Positions 1-16,464 are shown, numbered from the stretch's first letter. The stretch: DNA of 64,000 nt from Eledone cirrhosa (GCA_964016885.1 OZ024741.1:251596001-251660000); one strand, 5' to 3'. Numbers and translations are program-made. The notes: generated from the sequence alone by a model not told the origin.

Positions 1-3000
1 ATCAGATAAACCACATAACACTCCAGATAAGACACACTACACACCAGATAAGATACACTACAGACCAGATAAGACACACTACACACCAGATAACACATAG
101 TACACACCAGATAAGACACACTACACTCCAGATAGACACACTACACAGCAGATAAGACACACTACACACCAGCTAAGACATACAACACACCAGCTAAGAC
201 ACACTACACACCAGATACGACACACTACACAGCAGATAAGACACACTACACACCAGCTAAGACATACAACACACCAGCTAAGACACACTACACACCAGAT
301 ACGACACACTACACACCAGGTAAGACACACTACACACCAGATATGACATAGTACACACCAGATACGACACACTACACACCAGATAAGACACACTACACAC
401 CAGATAAGACACACTACACACCATATAAGACACACTACACACCAGATAAGACACACTACAAACCAGATACGACACACTACACACCAGATACGACAGACTA
501 CACACCAGATAAGACACATTTTACAGCAGATAAACCACACAACACACTTGATCAGACACTCTACACACCAAATACGACACACAAAACACCAGATAAGACA
601 TACTACACAGCAGATAAGACACACTACACACCAGATAAGACATACTACACACCAGTTAAGACACACTACACACCAGATAAGACACACTACACACCAGATA
701 AGACACACTACACACCAGATAAGACACACTACACACCAGATTAGACACTACACACCAGATAAGACACATTACACACCAGATAAGACAAACTACACACCAG
801 ATAAGACATACAACACACCAGCTAAGACAGACTTCACACCAGATAAGACACACTACACACCAGATAAGACATACAACACACCAGCTAAGACAGACTACAC
901 ACCAGATAAGACACACTACACACTAGATAAGACACATTACACAGCAGATAAACCACACAACACACCAGATCAGACACACTACACACAAGGTACGACACAC
1001 TACACACCAGATAAGACACACTACACACCACATAAGACACACTACACACCAGATAAGACACACTACACACCAGATACGACACACTACACACCAGATAAGA
1101 CACACTACACACCAGAAAAGACACACTACGCAGCAGATAACACATACTACACACCAGATAAGACACACTACACACCAGATAAGACAAACTACACACCAGA
1201 TAAGACACACTACACACCAGCTAAGACACATTACACACCAGATAAACCACACAACACACCAGATAAGACAAACTACACGCCAGATAAGAAACAATACAGA
1301 GCAGATAAAACATAGTACACACCAGATAAGACACATTACACTCCATATAAGACATACTACACACCAGATACGACATACTACACACCAGATACGACACACT
1401 ACACACCGGATAAGACACACTACCCACCAGTTAAGACACACTACACACCAGATAAGATAAACTACACACCAGATAAGACACACTACACAGCAGATAAGAC
1501 ACGCTACACACCTGATAAGACACACGACACACCAGCAGAGACACACTATGTACCAGATACGACACACTACACACCAAATAAGACACACTACACACCAGAT
1601 AAGACTCACTACACACCAGATAAGACACACTACACACCAGATAAGACATACTACACACCAGATACGACACACTACACACCAGATAAGACACACTACCCAC
1701 CAGATACGACACAATACACATCCAGATAAGACACACTATACACCAGATAAGACATACTAGACACCAGATGCGACATACTACACACCAGATACGACATACT
1801 ACACACCAGATAAGACATACTACACACCAGATACGATACACTACACACCAGACAAGACACACTACCCACCAGATAAGACACACTACACACCAGATAGACA
1901 CACTACACAGCAGGTAAGACACACTACACAACAGATAAGACACATTTTACAGCAGATAAACCACACAACACACTTGATAAGACACTCAACACACCAGATA
2001 CGACACACAAAACACCAGATAAGACATACTACACAGCAGATAAGACACACTACACACCAGATAAGACATACTACACACCAGTTAAGACACACACAACACA
2101 CCAGATACGACACACTACACGTCCAGATAAGACACACTACACAGCAGATAAGACATACTAGACACCAGATACGAGATACTACACACCAGATACGACATAC
2201 TACACACCAGATAAGACACACTACACACCAGATACGACACACTACGCAGCAGATAACACATACTACACACCAGATAAAACACACTACACACCAGATAAGA
2301 GAAACTACACACGAGATAAGACACATTACACACCAGATAAACCACACAACACACCAGATAAGACACACTACACAACAGCTAAGACACATTACACACCAGA
2401 TAAACCGCACAACACACCAGATAAGACACTACACGCCAGATAAGATACACTACACACCAGTTAAGACATAGTACACACCAGATAAGACACACTACACTCC
2501 AGATAAGACACACTACACAGCAGGTAAGACACGCTACACACCAGATAAGACACACTACACACCAGCAAAGACACACTACATAGCAGATACGACACACTAC
2601 ACACTAGATAAGACACACTACACACCAGATAAGACTCACTACACACCAGATAAGACATACTACACACCAGATAAGACATACTACACACCAGATACGATAC
2701 ACTACACACCAGATAAGACAAACTACACACAGGATAAGACACACTACACTCCAGATAGACACACTACACAGCTGATAAGACATACTACACACCAGCTAAG
2801 ACATACAACACACCAGCTAAGACACACTACACACCAGATACGACATACTACACACCAGATAAGATACACTACGCACCAGATAAGACACACTACACACCAG
2901 ATAAGACACACAACACACCAGATAAGACACACTACACACCAGACAAGACACATTACACAGCAGATAAACCACACAACACACCTGATAAGACACTCTACAC

Positions 3001-6000
3001 GCCAGATAAGATAACCTACACACCAGATAAGACTCACTACACACTAGATAAGACATACTACACACTAGATAAGACATACTACACACCAGATACGACACAC
3101 TACACACCAGATAAAACACACTACACACCAGATAAGATACACTACACACCAGATACGACACACTACACACCAGATAAGACACACTACACACCAGATAAGA
3201 AATACTACACACCAGATAAGACACACTACACACCAGATAAGACACATTTTAAATCAGATAAGACACACTACACACCAGCTAAGACATACAACACACCAGC
3301 TAAGACACTACACACCAGATAAGACACACTACACACCAGATAAGACACACTACACACCAGAAAAGACACACTACGCAGCAGATAACACATACTACACACC
3401 AGATAAGACACACTACACACCAGATAAGACAAACTACACACCAGATAAGACACACTACACACCAGCTAAGACACATTACACACCAGATAAACCACACAAC
3501 ACACCAGATAAGACAAACTACACGCCAGATAAGAAACAATACAGACCAGATAAAACATAGTACACACCAGATAAGACACATTACACTCCATATAAGACAC
3601 ACTACACACCAGATAAGACATACTACACACCAGATACGACACACTACACACCGGATAGGACACACTACCCACCAGTTAAGACACACTACACACCAGATAA
3701 GATAAACTACACACCAGATAAGACACACTACACAGCAGATAAGACACGCTACACACCTGATAAGACACACGACACACCAGCAGAGACACACTATGTACCA
3801 GATACGACACACTACACACCAAATAAGACACACTACACACCAGATAAGACTCACTACACACCAGATAAGACACACTACACACCAGATAAGACATACTACA
3901 CACCAGATACGACACACTACACACCAGATAAGACACACTACCCACCAGATACGACACAATACACATCCAGATAAGACACACTACACAGCAGATAAGACAT
4001 ACTAGACACCAGATGCGACATACTACACACCAGATACGACATACTACACACCAGATAAGACATACTACACACCAGATACGATACACTACACACCAGACAA
4101 GACACACTACCCACCAGATAAGACACACTACACACCAGATAGACACACTACACAGCAGGTAAGACACACTACACACCAGATAAGACACATTTTACAGCAG
4201 ATAAACCACACAACACACTTGATAAGACACTCAACACACCAGATACGACACACAAAACACCAGATAAGACATACTACACAGCAGATAAGACACACTACAC
4301 ACGAGATAAGACATACTACACACCAGTTAAGACACACACAACACACCAGATACGACACACTACACGTCCAGATAAGACACACTACACAGCAGATAAGACA
4401 TACTAGACACCAGATACGAGATACTACACACCAGATACGACATACTACACACCAGATAAGACACACTACACACCAGATACGACACACTACGCAGCAGATA
4501 ACACATACTACACACCAGATAAAACACACTACACACCAGATAAGAGAAACTACACACGAGATAAGACACATTACACACCAGATAAACCACACAACACACC
4601 AGATAAGACACACTACACAACAGCTAAGACACATTACACACCAGATAAACCGCACAACACACCAGATAAGACACTACACGCCAGATAAGATACACTACAC
4701 ACCAGTTAAGACATAGTACACACCAGATAAGACACACTACACTCCAGATAAGACACACTACACAGCAGGTAAGACACGCTACACACCAGATAAGACACAC
4801 TACACACCAGCAAAGACACACTACATAGCAGATACGACACACTACACACTAGATAAGACACACTACACACCAGATAAGACTCACTACACACCAGATAAGA
4901 CATACTACACACCAGATAAGACATACTACACACCAGATACGATACACTACACACCAGATAAGACAAACTACACACAGGATAAGACACACTACACTCCAGA
5001 TAGACACACTACACAGCTGATAAGACATACTACACACCAGCTAAGACATACAACACACCAGCTAAGACACACTACACACCAGATACGACATACTACACAC
5101 CAGATAAGATACACTACGCACCAGATAAGACACACTACACACCAGATAAGACACACAACACACCAGATAAGACACACTACACACCAGACAAGACACATTA
5201 CACAGCAGATAAACCACACAACACACCTGATAAGACACTCTACACGCCAGATAAGATAAACTACACACCAGATAAGACTCACTACACACTAGATAAGACA
5301 TACTACACACTAGATAAGACATACTACACACCAGATACGACACACTACACACCAGATAAAACACACTACACACCAGATAAGATACACTACACACCAGATA
5401 CGACACACTACACACCAGATAAGACACACTACACACCAGATAAGAAATACTACACACCAGATAAGACACACTACACACCAGATAAGACACATTTTAAATC
5501 AGATAAGACACACTACACACCAGCTAAGACATACAACACACCAGCTAAGACACTACACACCAGATAAGACACACTACACACCAGATAAAACACATTACAC
5601 AGAAGATAAACCACACAACACACCAGATAAGACACACTACACACCAGCTAAGACACATTACGCACCAGATAAACCACACAACACACCAGATAAGACACAC
5701 TACACGACAGATAAGACACACTACAGACCAGATAAGACATAGTACACACCAGATAAGACACATTACACTCCAGATAAAACATACTACACACCAGATAAGA
5801 TATACTACACACGAGATACGACACACTACACACCAGATAAGACACACTACCCACCAGAGAAGACACACTACACACCAGATAAGATACACTACACACCAGA
5901 TAAGACACACTACACAGCAGATAAGATACGCTACCCAACTGATAAGACACACGACACACCAGCAAAGACACACTACATACCAGATACGACACACTACACA

Positions 6001-9000
6001 CCAAATAAGACACACTACACACCAGGTAAGACTCACTACACACCAGATAAAACATACTACACACCAGACAAGACACACTACCCACCAGATAAGACACACT
6101 ACACTCCAGATAGACACACTACACAGTAGGTAAGACACACTACACACCAGATATGACACATTTTACAGCAGATAAACCACACAACACACTTGATAAGACA
6201 CTCTACACACCAGATACAAGACACAAAACACCAGATAAGACATACTACACAGCAGATAAGACACACTACACACCAGATAAGACATACTACACACCAGTTA
6301 AGACACACAACACACCAGATAAGACACTCTACACACCAGATAAGACATACTACACACCAGATACGACACACTACACACCAGATAAGACACAATACACACC
6401 AGATAAGACACACTACACACCAGATAAGACACACTACACACCAGATAAGACACACTACACACCAGATAAGACATACTAGACACCAGATAAGACACACTAC
6501 ACACCAGATAAGACATACTAGACACCAGATAAGACACACTACACACCAGATAAGACACTACACACCAGATGAGACACATTACACCGAAGACAAACCACAC
6601 AACACACCAGATAAGACATACTACACACCAGATACGACACACTACACACCAGATAAGACACACTACACACCAGATACGACATACTACACACCAGATACGA
6701 CACACTACACCCCAGATAAGACACACTACACACCAGATAAGACACACTACACACCAGATAAGACACACTACACACCAGATAAGACACACTACGCAGCAGA
6801 TAACTCATACTACACACCAGATAAGACAAACTACACACCAGATAAGACAAACTACACACCAGCTAAGGCACATTACACACCAGATAAACAACACAACACA
6901 CCAGATAAGATACACTACACACCAGCTAAGACACATTAGACACCAGATAAACCACACAACACACCAGATAAGACATATTACACGCCAGATAAGACACACT
7001 ACACACCAGATAAGACATATTACACACCAGATAAGACACACTACACTCCAGATAAGACACACTAAACATCAGATACGACACACTACACACCAGATAAGAC
7101 ACACTACCCACCAGAGAAGACACACTACACACCAGATAAGATACACTACACACCAGATAAGACACACTACACAGCAGATAAGATACGCTACCCAACTGAT
7201 AAGACACACGACACACCAGCAAAGACACACTACATACCAGATACGACACACTACACACCAAATAAGACACACTACACACCAGGTAAGACTCACTACACAC
7301 CAGATAAAACATACTACACACCAGACAAGACACACTACCCACCAGATAAGACACACTACACTCCAGATAGACACACTACACAGTAGGTAAGACACACTAC
7401 ACACCAGATAAGACACATTTTACAGCAGATAAACCACACAACACACTTGATAAGACACTCTACACACCAGATACAAGACACAAAACACCAGATAAGACAT
7501 ACTACACAGCAGATAAGACACACTACACACCAGATAAGACATACTACACACCAGTTAAGACACACAACACACCAGATAAGACACTCTACACACCAGATAA
7601 GACATACTACACACCAGATACGACACACTACACACCAGATAAGACACAATACACCCCAGATAAGACACACTACACACCAGATAAGACACACTACACACCA
7701 GATAAGACACACTACACACCAGATAAGACACACTACGCAGCAGATAACTCATACTACACACCAGATAAGACAAACTACACACCAGATAAGACAAACTACA
7801 CACCAGCTAAGGCACATTACACACCAGATAAACAACACAACACACCAGATAAGATACACTACACACCAGCTAAGACACATTAGACACCAGATAAACCACA
7901 CAACACACCAGATAAGACATATTACACGCCAGATAAGACACACTACACACCAGATAAGACATATTACACACCAGATAAGACACACTACACTCCAGATAAG
8001 ACACACTACACATCAGATACGACACACTACACACCAGATAAGACACACTACACACCAGACAAGACACATTACACAGCAGATAAACCACACAACACACCAG
8101 ATAAGACATACAACACACCAGATACGACACACTACACACCAGATAAGACACACTACACACCAGATAAGTGACACACTACACACCAGATATGACACACTAC
8201 ACACCAGATAAGAAACACTACACACCAGATAAGACACACTACACACCAGATAAGACACACTACACACCAGATAAGACACACTACACACCAGATAAGTGAC
8301 ACACTACACCCCAGATAAGACACACTACACACCAGATAAGACACACTACACCCCAGATAAGACACACTACACACCAGATAAGACACACTACACACCGGAT
8401 ACGACACACTACACACCAGATAAGACACATTTTACAGCAGATAAACCACACAACACACTTGATAAGACACTCTACACACCAGATACGACACACAAAACAC
8501 CAGATAAGACATACTACACAGCAGATAAGACACACTACACACCAGATAAGACATACTACACACCAGATAAGACACACTACACACCAGATAAGACACACTA
8601 CACACCAGCTAAGACATACAACACACCTGCTAAGAGACACTACACACCACATAAACAACACAACACACACTATAAGACACACTACACACCAGCTAAGACA
8701 CATTACACACCAGATAAACCACACAACACACCATATAAGACACACTACACGCCAGATAAGACACACTACACACCAGATAAGACATATTACACACCAGATA
8801 AGACACACTACACTCCAGATAAGACACACTACACATCAGATACGACACACTACACACCAGATAAGACACACTACACACCAGACAAGACACACTACGCAGC
8901 AGATAACACATACTACACACCAGCTAAGACATACAACACACCAGCTAAGACAAACTACACACCAGATAAGCCACACTACACACCAGATAAGACACATTAA

Positions 9001-10555
9001 ACAGCAGATAAAGCACACAACCTACCAGATAAGACATACTACACACCGGATACGACACACTACACACCAGATAAGACACACTACACACCAGATAAGACAC
9101 ACTACTCACCAGATACGACACACTACACACCTGATAAGACACACTACACACCAGATAAGACACACTACATCCCAGATAAGACACACTACACACCAGATAC
9201 GACACACTACATACCAGATAAGACACACTACACACCAGATAAGACACACTACACACCAGATACGATATACTACACACCAGATACGACACACTACACACCA
9301 GATAAGACACACTACGCACCAGATAACATACTACACACCAGATAAGACACACTACACACCAGCTAGGACACATTACACACTAGATAAACCACACTACACA
9401 CCAGATAAGACACACTACACACCAGATAAGACACACTACACACCAGATAAGACAAACTACACACCAGATAAGACACACTACACACCAGTTAAGGCACATT
9501 ACACACCAGATAAACAACACAACACACCAGATAAGACACAGTACACACCAGCTTAGACACATTACACACCAGATAAACCACACAACACACTAGATAAGAC
9601 ACACTACACGCCAGATAAGACACTACACACCAGATAAAACATAGTACACACCAGATAAGACACACTACACTCCAGATAAGACACACTACACAGCAGATAA
9701 GTCACACTACACACCAGATAAGACACACTACACACCAGATACGACACACTACACACCAGATAAGACACACTACACACCAGATAAGACATACTACACACCA
9801 GATAAGACACACTACACACCAGATAAGACACCACATACCAGATACAACACATTACAAACCAGATAAGACACACTACACACCAGCTAAGACATACAACACA
9901 CCAACTAAGACACACTACACACCAGATAAGACAGAATACACACCAGATAAGACACTACACGCCAGATAAGGCACACTACACACCAGATAAGACACACTAC
10001 ATACCAGATAAGACATACTACACACCAGATAACACATACTACACACCAGATAAAACACACTACACACCAGATAAGACACACTACACACCAGCTAAGACAC
10101 ATTACACACCAGATAAACCACACAACACACCAGATAAGACACACTACACGCCAGATAAGACACACTACACACTAGATAAGACACACTACACACCAGCTAA
10201 GACACATTACACACCAGATAAACCAAACAACACACCAGATAAGACACACTACACACAAGATACGACATACTACACACCAGATACGACACATTACACACCA
10301 GATAAGACACACTACACACTTGATAAGACATACTACACACCAGATAAGACATACTACACACCAGATACGACACACTACACACCAGATAAGACATACTACA
10401 CACCAGATAAGACACATTACACACCAGATAAGACATAGCACACACCAGATAAGTCATACTATACACCAGATAAGACACACTACACACCAGGTAGGTTACA
10501 CTACACACCATTTCAGACACACAACACACCAGTTATGTTACACTATACACCAGTT
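1..10555. repeat. 21-bp tandem satellite, consensus CCAGATAAGACACACTACACA, roughly 500 monomers, running off the left edge of the window
   Basis: Directly visible 21-nt periodicity with recurrent variants (GATACGAC, GCTAAGAC, ATAAACCACACAAC) and occasional 19-20 nt monomers. Translations give 7-aa repeats (IRHTTHQ, YTPDKTH, CLIWCVV). The array decays at about 10480-10555. Confidence 0.97.
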
Positions 10556-10899
10556 AAAATGGAGATCATGTGCTACAACTGTAAAGCTGGTGACAAATTT
10601 GAACATATGACATAATAGTTTTATTATACAGAAGCTGTGTAATATGAAAGCTGCAGCTTCATAGCTTCCGCCATCTCTCTTTGGTAGATTGTGTGGTCCA
10701 TAGTTGGTTCATAAAATAGGCATTGCCGGTTGGGGGTTCGTTTAGCAAGGATTAAATGTGCAGGTTTATGGTGTTTTCTGAGTGTTTTGTTTATGGGTGA
10801 AGGGAATCAATGGTCTTATTCTCTTATTTATATAGATCAGTAACATGTAGAGACAGATTAGAGAGAGGAAGAAAGAGTAGAAGGAAAAAATATTTCTGA

Positions 10900-11125
10900 C
10901 TAATCATCATCATCAGCAGCAGTAACACCACCTTCTTCCTCCTACACCACCACAACCTCATCATCATCATCATAATCATCATCATCATTACCAACAGCAG
11001 CAGTAACATCCAATCTTTTTCCTCTCCTTTTTCTTCCTCCTTCTCCTCCTCCGCCTCCTCCTCCTCCTCCTCCTCCTCCTCCTCCTCCTCATCATCATCA
11101 TCATCATCATCATCATTATCATCAC
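10900..11125. repeat. Compound (CAT)n/(CCT)n microsatellite
   Basis: Direct inspection. Confidence 0.9.
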
Positions 11126-11601
11126 AGTGGCCCTAATACTGTCACTACAAACCATAATAACCACATATCACATATCCACAATGACAAATTCTAAAAGAAC
11201 GCAACAAAGACCTTTGAAGCTTAGCTACAATGTAAGGGAGCTAATCCATGTTAAATTATAGCCCTAATATAAGGGAGAAAACCCACATCTAAGTTTAAAT
11301 CTTTTATGAAATAGATTTATCATATGCCTCTCAAACAAGTCTCATTAGTCTACTCCTAAGTTTAGAATTCATCACTAAATTTATATAATAAATTCCTTTT
11401 CATAATTATTTTAGGAAAATAATTGATATGAATATGCTGTTGATATTTCAATTTTTGTTTCTATTATATTAACATATACCCCGTGCCTCACAAGTGCATA
11501 GATCAGAGGTTCCCTGTCCGTGGTCCACAAATCTCTGAGGATTGGCAAAGGGATCCATGAGCTAAGTTTAAAAATACAAAGTCTTCATTCTATACGTAAT
11601 A

Positions 11602-11787
11602 CATTGAAATTCCTTTATAACGAAATTCATGGGGTATAAAAAAAATTCGTTTTAACGAAAAATTCTTTATAACGAGATCGACCGAAACAATTCTAGCATT
11701 TATTTGTTAATACCTTGGGGATTGAAAAATTGTCCTTATACTGAAACATTCGTTATAATGGTATTCGTTACAACGGAATTTTCCCTG
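11602..11787. mobile_element. Tc1/mariner (Tigger-like) MITE
   Basis: Imperfect terminal inverted repeats TA|CATTGAAATTCCTTTATAACGAA ... TTCGTTACAACGGAATTTTCCCTG|TA, TA on both sides, and internal TATAACGAA/TTCGTTATAA sub-repeats. Confidence 0.7.
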
Positions 11788-11904
11788 TATACACATGCTA
11801 TTCGATATCCATTCTTCTATTATATACATAATATACACAGGTTATTAGGTATCCATTTTCTCTAAGTAAAAACAATTCTCTCTTTTAAATGTTATTATCA
11901 GCCG

Positions 11905-12320
11905 ATAAATGTCCCGGAGCGGTGGATCTGCGTAGCTCAGAGATGATAGAGTCACTCCAGGTAGATCACAGCTCCAATACTATGGACATGTGGTTAGAAT
12001 GTCTCAGGAAAGAATCCCTGGACAGATCTTACGGGCGAAATTAACCAGCTAGAGACCCGGGGGTAGACCTCGAGCAAGATGGTTGGATAACACCCATGAG
12101 CTTGGCTGGTCACGCTTGGGGATCCAGCCAGATCAGTTGGAGACTGTTGCTTCTGAGAGAGGATCCGTTGGAATGAGTGCTTGAGGATTCCTCCCTCACG
12201 AGCCTCTCCGGAAGGTGTGTTTGAGGAATCTGCCCTCACGGCCTTCTTGGGAAGAAGAAGAAGAAGAAGAAGAAGAAGAAGAAGAAGAAGAAGAAGAAGA
12301 AGAAGAAGAAGAAGAAGAAG
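11905..12320 (+). mobile_element. 5'-truncated RTE-clade LINE 3' end with (AGA)n tail
   Basis: Translates as QLQYYGHVVRMSQERIP...RPGGRPRARWLD, the typical RTE C-terminus, and is followed by a long (GAA)n run. Same family as 14110-14438 and 27630-28298. Confidence 0.8.
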
Positions 12321-12704
12321 ATTGCGGAAAAACCCACTTAAATAAAATGGGTCCTTAATAGTAAAAGGATTGTGAAGCATACCGTTATCTAATGTTCTTT
12401 TGAAAATAGAGTGAAGTGATTTGAGACTCAGACACAGCTGACTCTGACTGATAGAACCTGAAGTATCCTTCGAAATGCTAGGTTAGTTTTCGTCCTTTGT
12501 TGAGCCGAGATGAGGAGATGGAGCGTGAGGCAAGCAGCCTTACCTTCATTAATCAAAATTGCTACAGAATCAACGAGCAGATGCCTCGTCTGGGAGCAGA
12601 CCTGTGACAAAGTTTGCAATCATACAGAATGAAGATCTTTCACTGCCCAATGATACATAAGGAGCAAAAGAACTAAAATCCCAGAAAAAGAGAAATAATA
12701 ACAA

Positions 12705-12900
12705 TAATAGTTTCTGATTTAGGCACAAGGCCAACAATTTGGAAGGGAAGAGAAACGTCGATTAAATCGACCCCAGTACGTTACAGGTACTTTTATTTAT
12801 CGATCCCTTAAGCATGAAAGGTAAAGCTGACTTCAGCGAGATTTGAACGTAAAGTGCTGGAACAAAATGCCCCAGTGACATTTTGTCCAACTCTCTAGCG
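12705..12900 (-). mobile_element. tRNA-derived SINE, family B (degenerate)
   Basis: Reverse complement of the GTTCAAATC...TTTGCCTTTCATCC..GGGGTCGATAAAATAAAGTACCAG family seen full length at 59688-59878. Confidence 0.75.
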
Positions 12901-12902
12901 AT

Positions 12903-12933
<31 letters not shown>

Positions 12934-13236
12934 AAGAAGAAGAAGAAGAAGAAGAAGAAGAAGAAGAAGAAGAAGAAGAATGCATCTTGCACATATTTTA
13001 TAAAGTTTTTTTTTTGCACGTAATCAAATTATATGTGTTGTTATTGATGGTGTTGTTGTCGCTGACGTCGGTGGCAGCCGACTTGGCGTTGATCTTCAGG
13101 TTAACCCTTATCCAGTAGACCAATGATCAAACTTGTTTCAGCTACGATCATGCTATTTTATTGTGACATGTATTTATAATATTTATGGGTACATACGCTA
13201 ATATAATTCACGAGTATGGTCTATATATACTATTTA

Positions 13237-13552
13237 GCCGCATGGCTTGGTGATTCGAGCATTAGGTTTGCAATGTGAGTTGGATTCTCGGACCAGGTAA
13301 TGCATTGTGTCCTTGAGCAAGAAACTTTATTTCACGTTGCTCCAGTTTACTCAGCTCTAGAAATGAGTTGCGACGTCACCGTTGCCAAGCTGTATTGGCC
13401 AATAACGGTGGCGTGGAGAGGAGAGGCTGGTATGCATGGGCGACTGCTAGTCTTCTACAAACAACTATGCCTGGACTTGTGCCTCGGAGAGGAACTTTCT
13501 AGGTGCAAATACCATGATCATTCGTGACCGAAATGGGTCTTTACCTTTATCC
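13237..13552 (+). mobile_element. tRNA-derived SINE, family A (CORE-like central TGTGTCCTTGAGCAAGACACTTTA)
   Basis: A-box-like TGGCTTGGTG and a shared TTGAGCAAGACACTTTATTTCACATTGCTCCAG block. Other copies near 22690-22803(-), 35011-35150, 36770-37010, 37515-37655, 38715-39075, 47700-47868(-) and 53708-53822(-). Confidence 0.75.
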
Positions 13553-14109
13553 TTTTACGCTAACATAATCTGGGGGAGATTTGTGTGTGAGAGTTCCACC
13601 AATTCAAATCCAATATAGGAGATCTGTCATTAACTTCAAAAATCCTTAATTGACAATAGCAAATTGGACTCTGAATTTCTATTTCCAGTCTTATATGAGG
13701 GGAGGGGAAATAATTTCAAGAAATAATCCCCCAAGATCATTGTACATGTTTAAGGGAAGGAAAGTTAATTCTCTGTTTTCAAGTAAAGAATGAAAACGAA
13801 CACATTTCTTTATATTAGAACTCATCAGCATATTATAGTCGAATTATTTATATCAATCTCTTCCCTTTTTCTTAATATATATATATATATATGTGTGTGT
13901 ATATATGTATGTATGTGTGAATTTGCTTGTGCGCGTATTTATAGAAATAAAAATTTGAATCGAAGGGAGTTAATCAATGGTAAACTATGACCGTATATAG
14001 GGGAGAGAACCCTGTATCACCACTATTAAATTCACTGTTGAATTTAACCGTACACTTCCCAGAGGCCTTTTTTAATCTAACTACAAAATATATGATTTGA
14101 TTATCACAT

Positions 14110-14438
14110 AAATATGACTTCTTTATATAAAAAAAAAATTCGAAGACAAGCGGCCGAAATGGCGTTCCTCGAAGGGTCTTTGGAATAAAGTTAGTAATAT
14201 GGTTAGAATGTCTCAGGAATAAAAAAAAAAACGCTCGACAGATTTTACGGGTAAAACCAACAACCGGTAAGAGACCCAAGGGCAGACTCCAAGTAAGATA
14301 GTTGGATAACATCCATGAGCTTGGCTTGGTCTCAATTGGGGATCCAACTAGATCTGTTGGAGACGGTTGTTTCTGACAGGTCACGCTGGAAGGAGTGTTT
14401 GAGGACTCTGCTCCCGTAATACATTCAAGAAGAAGAAG
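14110..14438 (+). mobile_element. RTE LINE 3' fragment with short GAA tail
   Basis: Homologous to 11985-12250 (GGTTAGAATGTCTCAGGA...GGATAACATCCATGAGCTTGGC). Confidence 0.75.
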
Positions 14439-15913
14439 ACATTATTATTTATTTATTTTTAGAACAATTACATTCACTAAGCGACACTATATTTCACATA
14501 TCATTCATGTTAAGTTTACATCTTCAACAGTTTAAGCCTACTTGATTGATTATCCTACAGATAATACACATTTAATGCTCCATATCTTACTGTCTTACAG
14601 CATCACACTTCTCTTACATGCTTCATATAAAAAATGACGCCATATAACAATTTAATTTCAAGGCCTCTTCACGTGCAACTAAATGTGCTACTGTTTCATA
14701 TATAACTCGATTATGTCCAGACACGGAACAAAAGCGCTTTTGTTCCGTGTATGAACAAAAATAAATGATAAAGTATATCAGCTTTCTTCTCTGATTGAGC
14801 TCCCAAATTAATAAAACCGAATTTGAATTCAAAACGCAGAGACACAGCAAATATTCCTAAGCATGTTTCTGATGCCCTAACTACTCAATTCACTGCCGTA
14901 TATTTGATTAAATAAGGGCTGAATAGTTAATTTTAATTAATAAAATTATTTATTTCTTCTATTAAATTCCTTCAAACTTTGATTTTTTTAAACAATTAGT
15001 TACAAAACTTCGACAACGGTGGTGTCCCAGCATGGCCTCAGCCTTTCGGCTGGAAAACGTAATAGAGTAATAAAGTAATATCTTTTTTTTCCATAGAAAT
15101 ATGTTAATGAAAATGATCCAAACAACATCGAATTTATTCAAAAACTATGTAGTATCTCCTGAGTTAACTCCCTTACCATTCCCTATTTCTGTACTTGAAG
15201 TCATTCCTTTTTCCATTGCGATACTAGATTTAAAGGGAGAGAACCGTGTATTACTTCAACCAGTTATGTTATTACGTAGCGATGGGATGAGGTTTTCGTT
15301 TCTTTAAACCTTTGAAGTCAGATCAGCAGACGTATGATCTAAGGCTTTCTAGCCATGACTATCTCATCTGTTATTTAGACATAAATAATCCAGGACTACA
15401 TTATAAAATTATAATGTAGAATGTGATTTGAGGGCAAATTTGCTGCTATTTCTGGCAGATCGAGAGACTGCATGGAGGGGTTTTTTGGCTCGTTTGATGG
15501 CGAAGTGAAGACGTCTTGGTGGCCTAGTGGTAAGTATTAGAGATAGTGGAGATCCTGGCCGGGGGTTCTACACACTTTCAGCAGATCTGTTCTGCTAGAG
15601 AACGGGTTGCAAGTGGCAGATAGCGATACAGCCTCCAGATATGATGGTTACTTGTCATATAAGTGGGCACCTACCCAGACAAACAATGGTAAACTATTAG
15701 GGGAGATGGAGCAATGGAAGACACCTTTAGCTCCGAAGACAACTCTCACAACCCAGTGATGTAGTTATGATAAGGTGAGTATAGGCCACCTCTAAAAAAG
15801 CCTAGTCTTCACAGGTCTGAGAGTGTACCAGATTGATGACTGGCACAAAGAGGACCCCACTAAAGGTGCATTTTGGGGAGAGGTATATTGAAGTGATGCA
15901 TACAGACTGGGTG

Positions 15914-15963
<50 letters not shown>

Positions 15964-16464
15964 GAAATGTATATATAGATGAGATGCATATACAATGAGT
16001 ATATAGATAGGTTGTGTATAGACAATATATATAAATGGGAAATGTGTGTATAATGACAAAGTGTGTATAGAGAGGGTATATATATGCATAGGATGTACAC
16101 AAATTATTTAATATAATATTTTATATAAATGAAGGTGTATAACAGATAAGGTGTATAAATAGACAATGTGTATATAGATGGGATGTGTATAGACAATATA
16201 TATATACATGGATTGTGTATAGACAATATATATAGATAGGAGAATGTTGATGTGGTGTATATATAGTCAGGGTATATATATGAGCAGGATGTACACATAT
16301 TTGGGTTTATAAATGAAAGAATGTGATTCATATGTAAATAGGTGGTGTATATATGGGTGGGTGTATATAGGAATCAACCTGGGTATAAGTGACCATACAG
16401 TGGTACAGTGGTGTAGTGCTATAGTGATCAACTGAATGTATGGAACATGCCTATCATAGCTGCA

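Noticed and set aside
1-10610. Dozens of long Cys/Trp/Val- or His/Thr-rich ORFs
   Set aside because: They result from a 21-bp unit lacking stops in several frames. Frames switch at monomer indels and there is no gene structure.
15510-15780. Possible RTE 5' UTR or structured RNA
   Set aside because: Only a vague resemblance (CAGCCTCCAGATATG). I could not build a fold or find a second copy.
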